Made by a program: the position numbers and the translations under genes. Positions 28,291 to 38,669 of a stretch of 64,000 bases of DNA are shown here, piece after piece. The notes beneath the pieces are model-generated. The model did no database searches, was not told where the DNA came from, and saw only the letters and a program-made list of their open reading frames with translations. The stretch comes from a virus. The DNA lies in IMG/VR virus record IMGVR_UViG_3300021961_000021; one strand, written 5' to 3'. Position 1 is the first letter of the stretch; each line of letters begins with the position of its first letter.

Positions 28291-28773
28291 TCAAAAGTAA
28301 TTGATGTTGATAACACACCGTACACTCTCATCAGTACAAGTATAACCTGTATGATTTGTTAGAGTGTCGAATATCACCAACCTGTTGGCGACAGATTCAA
28401 TTTTATCACCATTTTCAAATTCTGTCCACCCATTGTTAGTATTGACGTAATACAGGGCGGTCTTACATTGAAATGTTTGATCAGTATGCATACCAGTGCA
28501 ATAATGATCAGGTGTAATCGTGGTGAGGTTTGCTTTCACCCTAATCAGTGCCTTATAGTCTAGATCATTGAGTAGGGGCAAAAGCATATTGTAGTAATTT
28601 GAAATTACTGTATCCTCATAGAACCTATGAGTAAACTGAAAATCGTATTTTGTATTTTCAGTTGTCTTGTCAACAATGCCATTATTATAATACCAAGGAA
28701 ACTCAGCATATAGCATTGTGTCCTTAATTATACCATAATTTACTGGATTGAGGAAATTGTCACGGATTAGCAT
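28291..28773 (-). CDS. 2OG-Fe(II) oxygenase (likely start MLIRDNFL)
   Basis: MHTD, LYYVNTNNGWT, NRLVIFD..HTG, RVCININ. Confidence 0.85.
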   Translation of the reverse strand: MLIRDNFLNPVNYGIIKDTMLYAEFPWYYNNGIVDKTTENTKYDFQFTHRFYEDTVISNYYNMLLPLLNDLDYKALIRVKANLTTITPDHYCTGMHTDQTFQCKTALYYVNTNNGWTEFENGDKIESVANRLVIFDTLTNHTGYTCTDESVRCVININYF

Positions 28774-28972
28774 TTGTTTCAAGACATTCCATAGTACCGT
28801 GGTAGAAGTTTGGTTTACACACAAACTTTTTGGGTTCTGCCAACTTACCAAGACTATTCATCACAATAATGAACTGCCCCACCAAAATGATCCAGGTTGC
28901 TCTTTTACGAACCCCCTCAAAGTATCTATTAGGTGTATGAGATCCACCCTGTTGCGATGATCTTCTCTTCAT
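28760..28972 (-). CDS. hypothetical small membrane protein; start uncertain
   Basis: ORF track; one hydrophobic stretch. Confidence 0.4.
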   Translation of the reverse strand: MKRRSSQQGGSHTPNRYFEGVRKRATWIILVGQFIIVMNSLGKLAEPKKFVCKPNFYHGTMECLETNANP

Positions 28973-29537
28973 TTGGTGCTGGTAATCCGTGGTGTACGTG
29001 GGTCCAGTCCACTGGCCAAATCAAGGTTTTCCCTTTAACTGGAGCACACTTATAGTCCTGATGAACCCAATAAGTTTCCCCACCCACATTGACAGTATTT
29101 AGATAGGTCATCCAAGCAAGGTGACGAAATGATGTCACCTTATGAGTCCCTGTTCGTTCACAGTGTGGACGATGATATCCTCCTACTGCTTTCGGATACC
29201 ATTGGATGTTGAATGGTTCTGATATTTCCATTGGAGCCATTCTAGCATATGGAAATACTTCTAGATACTCACTCAGAACTCTATTGAGTTCATCCATAAA
29301 GTTAGTTACCCGTTTATCTGATAAGAACGGTGGAATGGGCAGGTCTACAGAGTTCTTAATAGACTTGTTGACACCACTACCAAACTCACCGCTTACTTTT
29401 CTAATATAATCACAGGTCTCCCAAAAGTCAAGTAGACCGTCAATAACACTATCCGAGATCTGTCCTTCGGATATGAAATTAGTCGTCGTAGACTTTACAT
29501 TCTGAGGCATCGGGGTTTTCATCACAATAAAGTTCAA
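28929..29537 (-). CDS. 2OG-Fe(II) oxygenase, prolyl-4-hydroxylase-like; start uncertain
   Basis: FNIQWY...HCE...RHLAWMTYLN...GGET...THVHHG...KIIATGW. Confidence 0.85.
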   Translation of the reverse strand: MNFIVMKTPMPQNVKSTTTNFISEGQISDSVIDGLLDFWETCDYIRKVSGEFGSGVNKSIKNSVDLPIPPFLSDKRVTNFMDELNRVLSEYLEVFPYARMAPMEISEPFNIQWYPKAVGGYHRPHCERTGTHKVTSFRHLAWMTYLNTVNVGGETYWVHQDYKCAPVKGKTLIWPVDWTHVHHGLPAPNEEKIIATGWISYT

Positions 29538-29688
29538 GAGGAGTAGGATCGTGACTATCTTCGGGGTGATTCTCTTCGTACTTCTTGAGAGAATTTAGTT
29601 CCCCTTCAATATGTCTCCTCATTTGGGGAGAAATTGTAGCGTCATCGAGTATTTTTTTATCCTGTTCAATATGCTGTTTGATATCCAT
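29479..29688 (-). CDS. cp12: CP12 Calvin-cycle inhibitor
   Basis: C-terminal LELYCDENPDASECKVYDD CP12 motif. Confidence 0.9.
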   Translation of the reverse strand: MDIKQHIEQDKKILDDATISPQMRRHIEGELNSLKKYEENHPEDSHDPTPLELYCDENPDASECKVYDD

Positions 29689-29723
29689 AGGAATAGGTAA
29701 CAGTATTATACTATATATGGGTG

Positions 29724-31118
29724 CTAAGAAGCGAGCACACTATCCTTAGAGAGTGTGAGATGCGTCTCCAACTTATCTGGAGAGTATGAATGCATAAGAC
29801 CAATCACCAAATATTTGCCAGAGTACATATTATCAAGTTCCAATCTTTCTGTCTGTGTACCTGCTGAAGTGGATGATGGAATGGCAATATGTATAACATC
29901 TCCTGCAGTAATTCCTGTATTACCAGCAATAGTGATTGATAGTTTATGCAGATTCAGTAATTGCCAGCGTGAAGTTGAATATGCCGATGCAGTAACTGTG
30001 TCAAAATCCATATTAGCAGCAGATCCAGCAGCATTAGCTGTAGCACTGGAATCCTTCATACCAGGAAGTGCACGAATCTTGATTCTGGTAGGTCTGGATT
30101 CGCTAAAATACTCTTTATCAACTCTCAATAATGGATTGATTGGGTTGAGTGTATTTGCAAAACTAAAGACCGTGTTGACTCCCATATTTACAGGAGGTTT
30201 GATAGATCCTGAAGAATTGTTAGCTGCACCCTGCTGATTTGTTTCACCATTCTGGGGAAGGTTACCATTCGTCAGTGCTGGCATAAGAATGCCATAGACA
30301 ACATTACTATAAAGACCAGATCTCATCTTTTCCAAATGATTGGATCTATCTGGATAGTTGATATGCTCAATGTTGTATGCATTAGGGGTACTTCCACCAA
30401 CGTTTGCTTGAGTATAAGTAAATTTCTTCGGATTACTAAATGATGGATTACTTGATGAGCACAGATAATCCATAGTACAGAAATTCTTCCCTCTATAGGT
30501 TTCCCAATAAAGATATCCAGGACGGTTTGTAGTGCCACCTAAGATCTTATCCTGAATATATGAGATACAATCAAATGCCCTCCAAGACGGAGACACAAAA
30601 TTAAAGTTGCCCCTGGCAGGTTCCCATCGATCAATCTTAAGCGAAGAAGTTTTCAGGAACTTTGTCTGTATTTCTTTAACGATCTCATCTCCAGGTTTGT
30701 CCTTAAACCCAGCAAAAACGCGGTTGCTTTCATTATTTGTAGCATCAGGAGACACAGTGTAGAGAATGTATGTCTGTGCTCTTTCCGATTTAGTAACCTC
30801 ACCAATCTTAAATACCTTCTGAATAACCTCCAATTCAGAATCTGGAGCCGAATCAGAAGTCATTCTGATCTTAATATATTCATTACCAACAATATACTTG
30901 GCAAGATCAAGTGTATCATAAACGACAAACTCCATTCTAATTGACGGAGACTCTACAGACTCATAATAATTAAATGCAGAGCACATTGTTCTCATATCAT
31001 ATGCATTATTTCCTGAGAATTTCAAGGTGCTAACATCCTGATTGGGAGGAACATCTTTCCCAAGCAATAGTGTGAATTCGGATAATCTATATCCTTTAGG
31101 TTGAGACGTTTGTGCCAT
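29724..31118 (-). CDS. putative baseplate hub protein (gp27/phage late control D-like)
   Basis: FNYYES...YDT..L N-terminus, GDVIHIAIP...MYSGKYLVIGLMHSY C-terminus; position in baseplate module. Confidence 0.55.
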   Translation of the reverse strand: MAQTSQPKGYRLSEFTLLLGKDVPPNQDVSTLKFSGNNAYDMRTMCSAFNYYESVESPSIRMEFVVYDTLDLAKYIVGNEYIKIRMTSDSAPDSELEVIQKVFKIGEVTKSERAQTYILYTVSPDATNNESNRVFAGFKDKPGDEIVKEIQTKFLKTSSLKIDRWEPARGNFNFVSPSWRAFDCISYIQDKILGGTTNRPGYLYWETYRGKNFCTMDYLCSSSNPSFSNPKKFTYTQANVGGSTPNAYNIEHINYPDRSNHLEKMRSGLYSNVVYGILMPALTNGNLPQNGETNQQGAANNSSGSIKPPVNMGVNTVFSFANTLNPINPLLRVDKEYFSESRPTRIKIRALPGMKDSSATANAAGSAANMDFDTVTASAYSTSRWQLLNLHKLSITIAGNTGITAGDVIHIAIPSSTSAGTQTERLELDNMYSGKYLVIGLMHSYSPDKLETHLTLSKDSVLAS

Positions 31119-33562
31119 CAGAAGAAGTTACTTAAGATTGTAGATGCTTCACCCATAAAACCAAATCTGCTCTGCAGGAACTTGTTAGCTGGATTCTGCT
31201 TTTGAGGCATTACCATAGGAGGAGTGGCAGAATCACCACCACCGCCAACTCCAGGTGCTTCGATCACATCAAGAACAATCATTTTAACTGCTCCCTCAAG
31301 ATTTGCAGACTCAACTTGTGCTGTTGCTTCCTGTACTTTTTGTACCATATCTATAATTTTTTGTCCAGCAAGCAATCCAGGTGCAGCACCAGGAACAATC
31401 GCTGATGCAACAGGAGTAATTGCCTTCACAACTGGTGCCATCTTATTCATAGCACCACCGATCATATTACCAATACTCTTGACAAATCCACCGAAACTCA
31501 TCTCAGGAATAGGACCACCAGCAGACTTCAGATAACCACCGCTTCGTGCCTCCTGCATTCGTTTTGCAGTAAGACCAGGATTCTTACGAGTGTCTGGAGT
31601 ATCAAATGGAATAACAAATCCACCAGCAGATCTCTTAGCAACGTACTCAGTACCGTGACCGATAAAGTCAACTGTCTTACCCGTAAGTGATACAGGATAC
31701 CCAGACATAGGACCAGAGATCCAACCACCCTTACTTGCAGATCTGCCCTGCCTTCTAAATGCTGCAGCAATAGCATCGGTGTACTTGGTGCCTTTGGTGC
31801 CAAATCCGTCAGAACCAACTTGCCCAGTTCTCATCCAGTTTTCTGCACCACCCATACCCTGATTATGGGCATAACCAAGAATCTGCAGTTTTCTTTCTGG
31901 AGTTGCACTCTTGTACTTAGCATTGCCCATCAAGTAGTTATGATTTGCCTTAGTGAATGCAGCAAAGAATGCTTCCTGCATCTCAGGATTCTTCCTGAAC
32001 TTCTCCCTGGCAGCAGCAGTGTGTCCAGGGTTCTTTACCCCAAGTTGCTTAGCAGCATCAGTTTTAGCGTCAGCACCCAACTGATACCTACCATCATAAT
32101 GTCCCCCAGAACCACCAGCTTTATCATATACACCACCAGATTCAATTGCACCAACGGTTTCTCTAAAGGTTGCCCACTGATCAGCGGAGAATCCCATCGA
32201 TTGAACCATTCTGTTGGCATCGGCAGAACCAACAGGTGCTTCTGCTGCCTGAGCAGGTGGTGCAAATGTATTTCCAAGTGCATCTAGACCAGCACCTGCA
32301 GCATCTTTTGCACCTTTAACACTCGCTTTGACCCCCTTGATGAGATCTTCAGGTCCAGTACCAGTGATCCATTTAAGAATGTTGGTAACCGCCTTCAGCA
32401 TCATAATCAGTGGTCCAAATACCACATTACCCATAAACTCAGCAACTTTTAGCAGTGCTGGCATATGTGGTTTAATCCAATCAACCATTTTATTGATCGC
32501 TGGACCAAGTGCTTTGAAGAAGTCCCTGATGGCATCAGTTAATGGTTTCAGGAATGAATTAATAAACTGCCCAATCTTATTGAAGATCTTCCCAATTGCA
32601 TTGAAGAAGTCTCCAACAATAGGACCAAAAAACTTACCTGCTTCTTTACCAAGAAATCCGCCAAGGGCATTGCCGATCATACCACCAATGGGACCAGCAA
32701 CAGCGTTGCCAATAGCACCAAGGGCAGTGCCACCAATCGTAGCACCAGCACCAGCACCTATGGCAGCAGCCTGTCTCTTTTCCTGAGGAATTGACTCATC
32801 CTTCATCACATCCTGATATGCCATCACCCCTTGGACAGCACTCTGGATTGCTCTACCAATTACATTACCACCTAGGAACTTGCCTAGGTTCATTACCCCA
32901 CCACCAACAAGTCTTAAGACACTGCCAAATGCCTTTATGGTTCCCAGTGGATTTTTGAGGAAACCTAGTCCAAGAAGTGCTGCACCAGCAACACCTAGAA
33001 GTTTCGCTGCACCCTTAATTCGGGTTAACCAGTCGCTACCATCACCAAATGCCTGTTTCCAGGCACCACCTATAAAGTTTATTGTTTTGTTGAAAAACTC
33101 CCAAGCTCCCTTAAAGAACGCACCAATGCGTTCAAACATCACTTGTATTTTTTTGGTATTCTCGGGTTTGCTCAACCAGTCAAGGACACCATAAATCAAC
33201 AGAGTCTTCAAAAGTCTACTCAGATATTCTAAGAATGATGGAGCAACTGATTGTATGAGTCCACCAATCTTTTCACCAATATTGCTTTTCTGGGTCTCTA
33301 CTTGCTGTTCGGATTGCTGATCCTTTACAAACTGGCTCTGCCGTGCAACTTCTGCTGCTTGCGCCTGCTGTGCTTTCAGTTGATTCTGAAGCAAAACACC
33401 GATACTATTAACAGTTGCTCCCAGGGAATTAATTGCATTTAATGTCTGCGAGAAATCTGCACCAGCAACTTGCTTATCGCCAATGACAATCGTCGCACCA
33501 GTATTCTTAGGACCAGTAACAAACTTATAAAATCTTAGTTTGGGGCTAGTGATGGGTGCCAT
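31118..33562 (-). CDS. tape-measure-like tail protein with lysozyme-like domain
   Basis: Gly/Ala-rich amphipathic repeats; ETVGAIESGG...GRYQLG lysozyme-fold motif. Confidence 0.7.
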   Translation of the reverse strand: MAPITSPKLRFYKFVTGPKNTGATIVIGDKQVAGADFSQTLNAINSLGATVNSIGVLLQNQLKAQQAQAAEVARQSQFVKDQQSEQQVETQKSNIGEKIGGLIQSVAPSFLEYLSRLLKTLLIYGVLDWLSKPENTKKIQVMFERIGAFFKGAWEFFNKTINFIGGAWKQAFGDGSDWLTRIKGAAKLLGVAGAALLGLGFLKNPLGTIKAFGSVLRLVGGGVMNLGKFLGGNVIGRAIQSAVQGVMAYQDVMKDESIPQEKRQAAAIGAGAGATIGGTALGAIGNAVAGPIGGMIGNALGGFLGKEAGKFFGPIVGDFFNAIGKIFNKIGQFINSFLKPLTDAIRDFFKALGPAINKMVDWIKPHMPALLKVAEFMGNVVFGPLIMMLKAVTNILKWITGTGPEDLIKGVKASVKGAKDAAGAGLDALGNTFAPPAQAAEAPVGSADANRMVQSMGFSADQWATFRETVGAIESGGVYDKAGGSGGHYDGRYQLGADAKTDAAKQLGVKNPGHTAAAREKFRKNPEMQEAFFAAFTKANHNYLMGNAKYKSATPERKLQILGYAHNQGMGGAENWMRTGQVGSDGFGTKGTKYTDAIAAAFRRQGRSASKGGWISGPMSGYPVSLTGKTVDFIGHGTEYVAKRSAGGFVIPFDTPDTRKNPGLTAKRMQEARSGGYLKSAGGPIPEMSFGGFVKSIGNMIGGAMNKMAPVVKAITPVASAIVPGAAPGLLAGQKIIDMVQKVQEATAQVESANLEGAVKMIVLDVIEAPGVGGGGDSATPPMVMPQKQNPANKFLQSRFGFMGEASTILSNFF

Positions 33563-33566
33563 TTAC

Positions 33567-36008
33567 TCAAACTCCTCTAATCCCTGTTGCTGCTACTGGG
33601 TCAATAACCTCTGTTCCACCACCTCTGGTATTCGATCTTCTAATAACTGGTTGCACCACAACAGGTGCTACCGCTGCTCCAGTAGGTGCAGGTCTTGTTC
33701 CTCTGGCTGTCTCTTTCAATTTTTCGGTGGTCTCTGCTGCAGTTCTTCCATTATTTATTTCAGGTGTAGCAGCAGGTGCTGGTTTCGTCTGAGGTTTTAC
33801 TATATTTCTATGTTGATTGGGTCTATTAAACAGAGTTGGATAAACCTTACGGGGATCTAGATACTTACTTTTTCCACTCTTATAGACCTCAAAGTGTAAG
33901 TGGGTAGCACCAGTGCCATATCCAACTCTGCCAAGGTCGAGCAATTTACCAATTCTCTGACCAGCATAAACTTTATCTCCAGGTTTTACACTTGGTAGCA
34001 TATGGAGATATCTTTGATCATAACCATCTTCACCCTTGATCATCATACCAGCAAGGTAGTTAACGCTGCTGTTAAATTTTTCCTTTAAAACTGTACCACC
34101 AATAGCAGCAACAACAGGAATCTGAGCATCTTTACCAAAAGGAGGAGTTTCCGTCAGGTCAAGACCAGCGTGACCACCATAGGATCTACTGTCACCGAAT
34201 TTCTGTCCAGCACCACCAGCATATCTACCTTTAGGCAGGGGGAAAATGACTGATCCAGCAGTAGTAGGACCAAGTTGACCTGCAGTTGCTTCCTCGTAAG
34301 ATTTTACAAGTGCCTTTGCAGATGCGAGTTCCTTTGTTTTGATACCAATATTTGTTTTTGCGTCAGTAACTCGCTTACTGATGTTTGATATATTTTGCTC
34401 TTCAATCTTAATCCTCTCACCAACTGTGTGGAAGGGATCTTGATGTGGTGGGAGCATAATACGGTGTTCTGGTCCCTTTTCTTTTTGGACCTTCTTAAGG
34501 TATGCCAGTTTATCCTTAGCATACTTAAGATCACTCTCATCCTTCACAAGTTCACTCTTCATATTAGCGAGTTGAGTTGCTTTTTCTCGTTCTTTCTTCT
34601 TCGCCTCTGTCAAACCAGCATTAATGCCAAGGGCAGTCTGAATACCAGCAGTGAGATCGGAACCAACATCTTGTGCCTTGTCCCCAATATTTCTCAGAAC
34701 ATCACCAAAATACTTCGTTGGATTGTTGACCATATCCATAAATCTGGCGGTCCAATCCTGCACCTTCTTAAATAGACTAGGAATGATTGGTGAGTTAAGG
34801 AACTCAAACATCTTCTGCAGAGCAGTATCTGCCAGAGGTTTGAGGAAGTCGCCAATTATGCCAAATACCTTTTGTATTTCCCGAAACAGTTCAATGAATG
34901 GTTCAACAACTGGTTTCAGGAATGCATTGAACAAAGGCAGTGCAAGTTCGGTGAAATATCTCTTCAGTGGTTCAATAATAGGAGTAATCGCATCTCCCAT
35001 AAAGGCACCAATCTTTTCACCAATAAATGATCCAACCAATTGCCCCACAATAGGACCAAAAGGACCAAGAATCGGTGTCAGCAGTGCTGACATTGCAAGA
35101 CCACCAAGAGTAGCACCAACGCCAGCACCTACAGCAACCTGAACTGAAGATCCAGATGCCATATGTCCTGCTGCTGCTCCAACTCCAGCAAGTGCAGATA
35201 AACCACCACCCTTAAGGAACCTACCAGCACCACGCATAGCAGATCCGCCAAATGCCTTGAGTTTTCGCATCTGACGAATCCGAGCAATGTTCTTTGCTCT
35301 CTGTCTTACAATATCCGCTCTCGTTTTTGCAACCGCAGATCCCTTCGCACCTTTCTTAATTGAACCACTGACAAAGTTACCTAATTTTTGAACATCACCA
35401 ATCAATTTCCACGGTTTCAGTATCCTATCTGCAAGCATCAATGCACCGATACCAGCAACCAATTTGAGTGCACCAATAACGGGATTCTTTTCCCCAAAGG
35501 CACTCATTATAAGATCAACCGCAGCAAAAGTAACCTTCGCTAGGGTTTTAAACCAAACCTCCACAACCCTGAAAAAAACCTTGATGGTTTGTGTGTTCTC
35601 AGGTTTACTTAACCAATCGAGTACGAACCAAGTTAGTGCAGTCTTTGCCAACCAAACAAATGGTTGCAACAGTCTGTCCAACCATCCCATCTTGGGTTTT
35701 TCAATCTTACTTTCGTCTATACCTTTCTCAACGTCCTTACCATCAGCACCCAGTTCAATATCTTTCTCTGCTTTCTTGTCTCGTTCCAACTGCGCTGCTT
35801 GCATTGCCTGAAAGTCAGGCATCACTTGAGTCGCTGTAATACTTGTTATCAGTTTACCAATATCTTCTACGATAAACCCCATCCTGTTGATGGCAGTTGT
35901 CATCGACTTTATAGGGTCAGCACCAATCCCTCCTGTCGATGCTTTATCTTGAATCGCCAGGAAGGATCTAATTTTTACCTGTTTAGGTGGTGCCTGTGTA
36001 TCTGCCAT
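33567..36008 (-). CDS. tape-measure-like tail protein with M23 peptidase domain
   Basis: HAGLDL and HLHFEV zinc motifs; paralogous N-terminus to 31118-33562. Confidence 0.8.
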   Translation of the reverse strand: MADTQAPPKQVKIRSFLAIQDKASTGGIGADPIKSMTTAINRMGFIVEDIGKLITSITATQVMPDFQAMQAAQLERDKKAEKDIELGADGKDVEKGIDESKIEKPKMGWLDRLLQPFVWLAKTALTWFVLDWLSKPENTQTIKVFFRVVEVWFKTLAKVTFAAVDLIMSAFGEKNPVIGALKLVAGIGALMLADRILKPWKLIGDVQKLGNFVSGSIKKGAKGSAVAKTRADIVRQRAKNIARIRQMRKLKAFGGSAMRGAGRFLKGGGLSALAGVGAAAGHMASGSSVQVAVGAGVGATLGGLAMSALLTPILGPFGPIVGQLVGSFIGEKIGAFMGDAITPIIEPLKRYFTELALPLFNAFLKPVVEPFIELFREIQKVFGIIGDFLKPLADTALQKMFEFLNSPIIPSLFKKVQDWTARFMDMVNNPTKYFGDVLRNIGDKAQDVGSDLTAGIQTALGINAGLTEAKKKEREKATQLANMKSELVKDESDLKYAKDKLAYLKKVQKEKGPEHRIMLPPHQDPFHTVGERIKIEEQNISNISKRVTDAKTNIGIKTKELASAKALVKSYEEATAGQLGPTTAGSVIFPLPKGRYAGGAGQKFGDSRSYGGHAGLDLTETPPFGKDAQIPVVAAIGGTVLKEKFNSSVNYLAGMMIKGEDGYDQRYLHMLPSVKPGDKVYAGQRIGKLLDLGRVGYGTGATHLHFEVYKSGKSKYLDPRKVYPTLFNRPNQHRNIVKPQTKPAPAATPEINNGRTAAETTEKLKETARGTRPAPTGAAVAPVVVQPVIRRSNTRGGGTEVIDPVAATGIRGV

Positions 36009-36175
36009 TAAAGTGACGACCTTTGTTGTTGCTTTTGTCGAGCTTCTTCTTCTCTAAGATATCGAATCAGCATATTCACATACACATCCCTTTCCCACGG
36101 CATCATATTTTCTAGTTCTGTGAGACTGTACTTGTGATACTGCATCATTGCAAAGTTCACTTCATAGATATTCAT
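36008..36175 (-). CDS. gp51: baseplate hub assembly catalyst gp51
   Basis: Manual translation NFAMMQYHKYSLTELENMMPWERDVYV; directly after gp26. Confidence 0.85.
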   Translation of the reverse strand: MNIYEVNFAMMQYHKYSLTELENMMPWERDVYVNMLIRYLREEEARQKQQQRSSL

Positions 36176-36195
36176 CAACGAATTGTGGGCAAGGG

Positions 36196-36900
36196 CTATG
36201 CGAAAAAAGCAGCCATACCCTCAAGGACAACCTCACTCTTCACTTCAGTCTTGGGATTGTATACCTCAATAGTGTGGGAAAGTTTAGGCATAGTCTCAAA
36301 GAACTGCTGAACCTTTCTGAACTGTCCAGAGTTCATACCTTCAAAGAATTCAAGGAGTTCCGACTTCTTGTAGTTCTTTGCTTCTTCAATGTCTTCACCT
36401 GTTGCAATAGATTCAATACAATCTGCAGCAAGAGTAAAGATGTCGTCCAGTCCAGGATTATCGGAAAGGTTGTTCTTCACAAATGTATCGATTGAAGGAT
36501 ATTTCATAGTCAGAGTCACATCATCGGTAATTCTAATTACCTTAGAATGATTATCTGGCACCGAGATTTGAACTTCTTCAAGGTTAAGTTCAACATCAAT
36601 TGCAGTCTCATTATCATCTGGTGCAGTGATTCTAAACTCACTGATCTCACCCACGGACTTTGCACGAATACGAAGGAAGAGATACTCGATTTCAAAGGTT
36701 GCCAGTGTGTCAACTTTCTTGACACTGGTGCAATTTTTGATGATCTCTTTAACCGCTTTGATCATCTCCTTCTGATCGCCAGATTCCATTGCAATATAAA
36801 GCAACTTCTCTTCACGAACCAGGAAGGGTCTATATTTTACGATCTGTCCGCTGGGAAGGTTGCACTCATATTCTGGCACAACCAGTGTAGGCAATGGCAT
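36196..36900 (-). CDS. gp26: baseplate hub subunit gp26
   Basis: MPLP...VKYRPFLVREEKLL...EYLFLRIRAKSVGE; CTAAATA at 36927-36933. Confidence 0.9.
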   Translation of the reverse strand: MPLPTLVVPEYECNLPSGQIVKYRPFLVREEKLLYIAMESGDQKEMIKAVKEIIKNCTSVKKVDTLATFEIEYLFLRIRAKSVGEISEFRITAPDDNETAIDVELNLEEVQISVPDNHSKVIRITDDVTLTMKYPSIDTFVKNNLSDNPGLDDIFTLAADCIESIATGEDIEEAKNYKKSELLEFFEGMNSGQFRKVQQFFETMPKLSHTIEVYNPKTEVKSEVVLEGMAAFFA

Positions 36901-36940
36901 AGTTTAAAAAACCAATTCAGTGTAAGTATTTAGACACCAA

Positions 36941-37774
36941 TCAGATACCATCCCACCTTGCCAGTGGTCCAACGTTTCTTCCGACGTATGGTAATCCAGC
37001 TTCAACCATACGACTTACACCACTAGCAGCATCAATAACTGCTGCAGATCCAGCTCTGCCATCATTAGAACTTGGAGACGATGCAACTGGTCCAGGACTT
37101 GCCGATTGTGTTACCCTTGGTGCTCCACCAGAAGTAAGTTCCGTTACAACTTCATTAGTCCAATCACCATTGTACTTAACGGTGGTTCCCATACGAATTC
37201 TTTCAATGTAGAACTGAACATCCAGTTTCATCAGTTGAGTCTGATCATTACTGAATGTCAAGGTACTAACATTATATGGGAAGCAACCCACTGCTCTCCA
37301 TTGAGCAGTAATTTTATTCAGTCTAACCTTTCCTTCTCTAGTTTTTACTACAGTGTTACCGCCAGGTTCCCACTTGGTAATGATAATATCTGAGACGTAG
37401 TTATCGTAAAACTGTGTTCTATTCTCACTATCTCTAGATACCCCATTGATCCAACGATCAAACAAGTATCTATGGAACATATTCTTTGTTACGATGAACT
37501 GAATGTTCAGATCTTGTGGTGTCTGCTGTGTACCATATCTCCTCATCGTACCAAAGTTAGTAACCTCACCAGTCATCAGGTTTCGTGATGGGATGGTTAC
37601 CTGATCAGCAAAATAATCAATTGCTTCATAGTATTGTTGGTATCCACCAAAATCCATCATTGAATCGCGCAAAAATGGCGGCAACTCAATGGTGACAGTG
37701 AACATATTAGAACGTGCTGGTTCTAATGCTCCTGTCGCTACAAGTTCTTTAAATCTGGTGAATGAAACTGACAT
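36941..37774 (-). CDS. gp54: baseplate-tail tube initiator (gp54, gp19 superfamily)
   Basis: ARSNMFTV...ADQVTIPSR...CFPYNVSTLTFS; synteny with gp2/gp4/gp26. Confidence 0.65.
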   Translation of the reverse strand: MSVSFTRFKELVATGALEPARSNMFTVTIELPPFLRDSMMDFGGYQQYYEAIDYFADQVTIPSRNLMTGEVTNFGTMRRYGTQQTPQDLNIQFIVTKNMFHRYLFDRWINGVSRDSENRTQFYDNYVSDIIITKWEPGGNTVVKTREGKVRLNKITAQWRAVGCFPYNVSTLTFSNDQTQLMKLDVQFYIERIRMGTTVKYNGDWTNEVVTELTSGGAPRVTQSASPGPVASSPSSNDGRAGSAAVIDAASGVSRMVEAGLPYVGRNVGPLARWDGI

Positions 37775-38229
37775 CAGTAAACGATTCTCGATGGTACTTC
37801 TATGTGTCTACCATTTACAGTCGTCACAAATTGCTCACAGGGTATTAAACCTACATCATTCCACTCAGAATTTGGGACTACAAATGTTGGAGATAATATA
37901 TTTGATCGTAAATATTTATGGAGAGTTTGAGGAGGAACGTTAATGTTCCCACCGAACAACTGTTCGCCTAGTGCAGCACGGGATCCAGGTTCCAGATAAT
38001 GTAAATTGGAACCCCAAAAATGAGTCCCATCCTCACCTAAGATATAGACCAGAGGATACTTGTCCCAATACTGCATCTTCTCACCAAAGGATGCCTTGTA
38101 TCTAAAGAACACCATCGTTCCAATCTGAGGTACACCTGCTTCCAAGGCATAGGTTAACTGACTACGCCACCAACTTTTCTTCTGGGACCTAGTACCCGCA
38201 AGAGATTTTATGTCTTCAAACAAACTCAT
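37774..38229 (-). CDS. gp2: DNA end protector gp2
   Basis: FFRYKA...YWDKYPLV...GSNLHYL. Confidence 0.85.
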   Translation of the reverse strand: MSLFEDIKSLAGTRSQKKSWWRSQLTYALEAGVPQIGTMVFFRYKASFGEKMQYWDKYPLVYILGEDGTHFWGSNLHYLEPGSRAALGEQLFGGNINVPPQTLHKYLRSNILSPTFVVPNSEWNDVGLIPCEQFVTTVNGRHIEVPSRIVY

Positions 38230-38669
38230 ACCTTGAGTTCCTTCTCTGTAAGAACGATGAACTTCATTCTTCTGTCATCACAATATTCCTTTGCAGACTT
38301 CCACTTCGCTTGATTTACCGCATAGGTAGAGACTTCTGTGAGATAACGTTTAGTAATCTTTTTCTGTCTTTTGGGTTCTGCACATTGCTTACTTGGTTTA
38401 ACCTCAACAATATACTTCGCGTTCCCCCCTTCGCGGGTTCTAACCCTAACATAAAAATCAGGGAAATACCGATGAATTTTATTATCGACTGGACTGATAT
38501 AAGGGATGACAATTTCTTCACTACCCCACTCCAAAACATTTTGATTTAGATCACACCACACCATAAATTTTCTTTCCCACAAACTACGATAAATAATGTT
38601 TGTAGGATCCCCTTTGTATTTACCTGGGTTGCTGGGTTTGAATCGTCCCGAATAACTTTTCTGTGTCAT
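38226..38669 (-). CDS. gp4: head completion nuclease gp4
   Basis: YSGRFKPSNPGKYKGDPTNIIYRSLWE...RYFPDF...EVKP. Confidence 0.92.
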   Translation of the reverse strand: MTQKSYSGRFKPSNPGKYKGDPTNIIYRSLWERKFMVWCDLNQNVLEWGSEEIVIPYISPVDNKIHRYFPDFYVRVRTREGGNAKYIVEVKPSKQCAEPKRQKKITKRYLTEVSTYAVNQAKWKSAKEYCDDRRMKFIVLTEKELKV

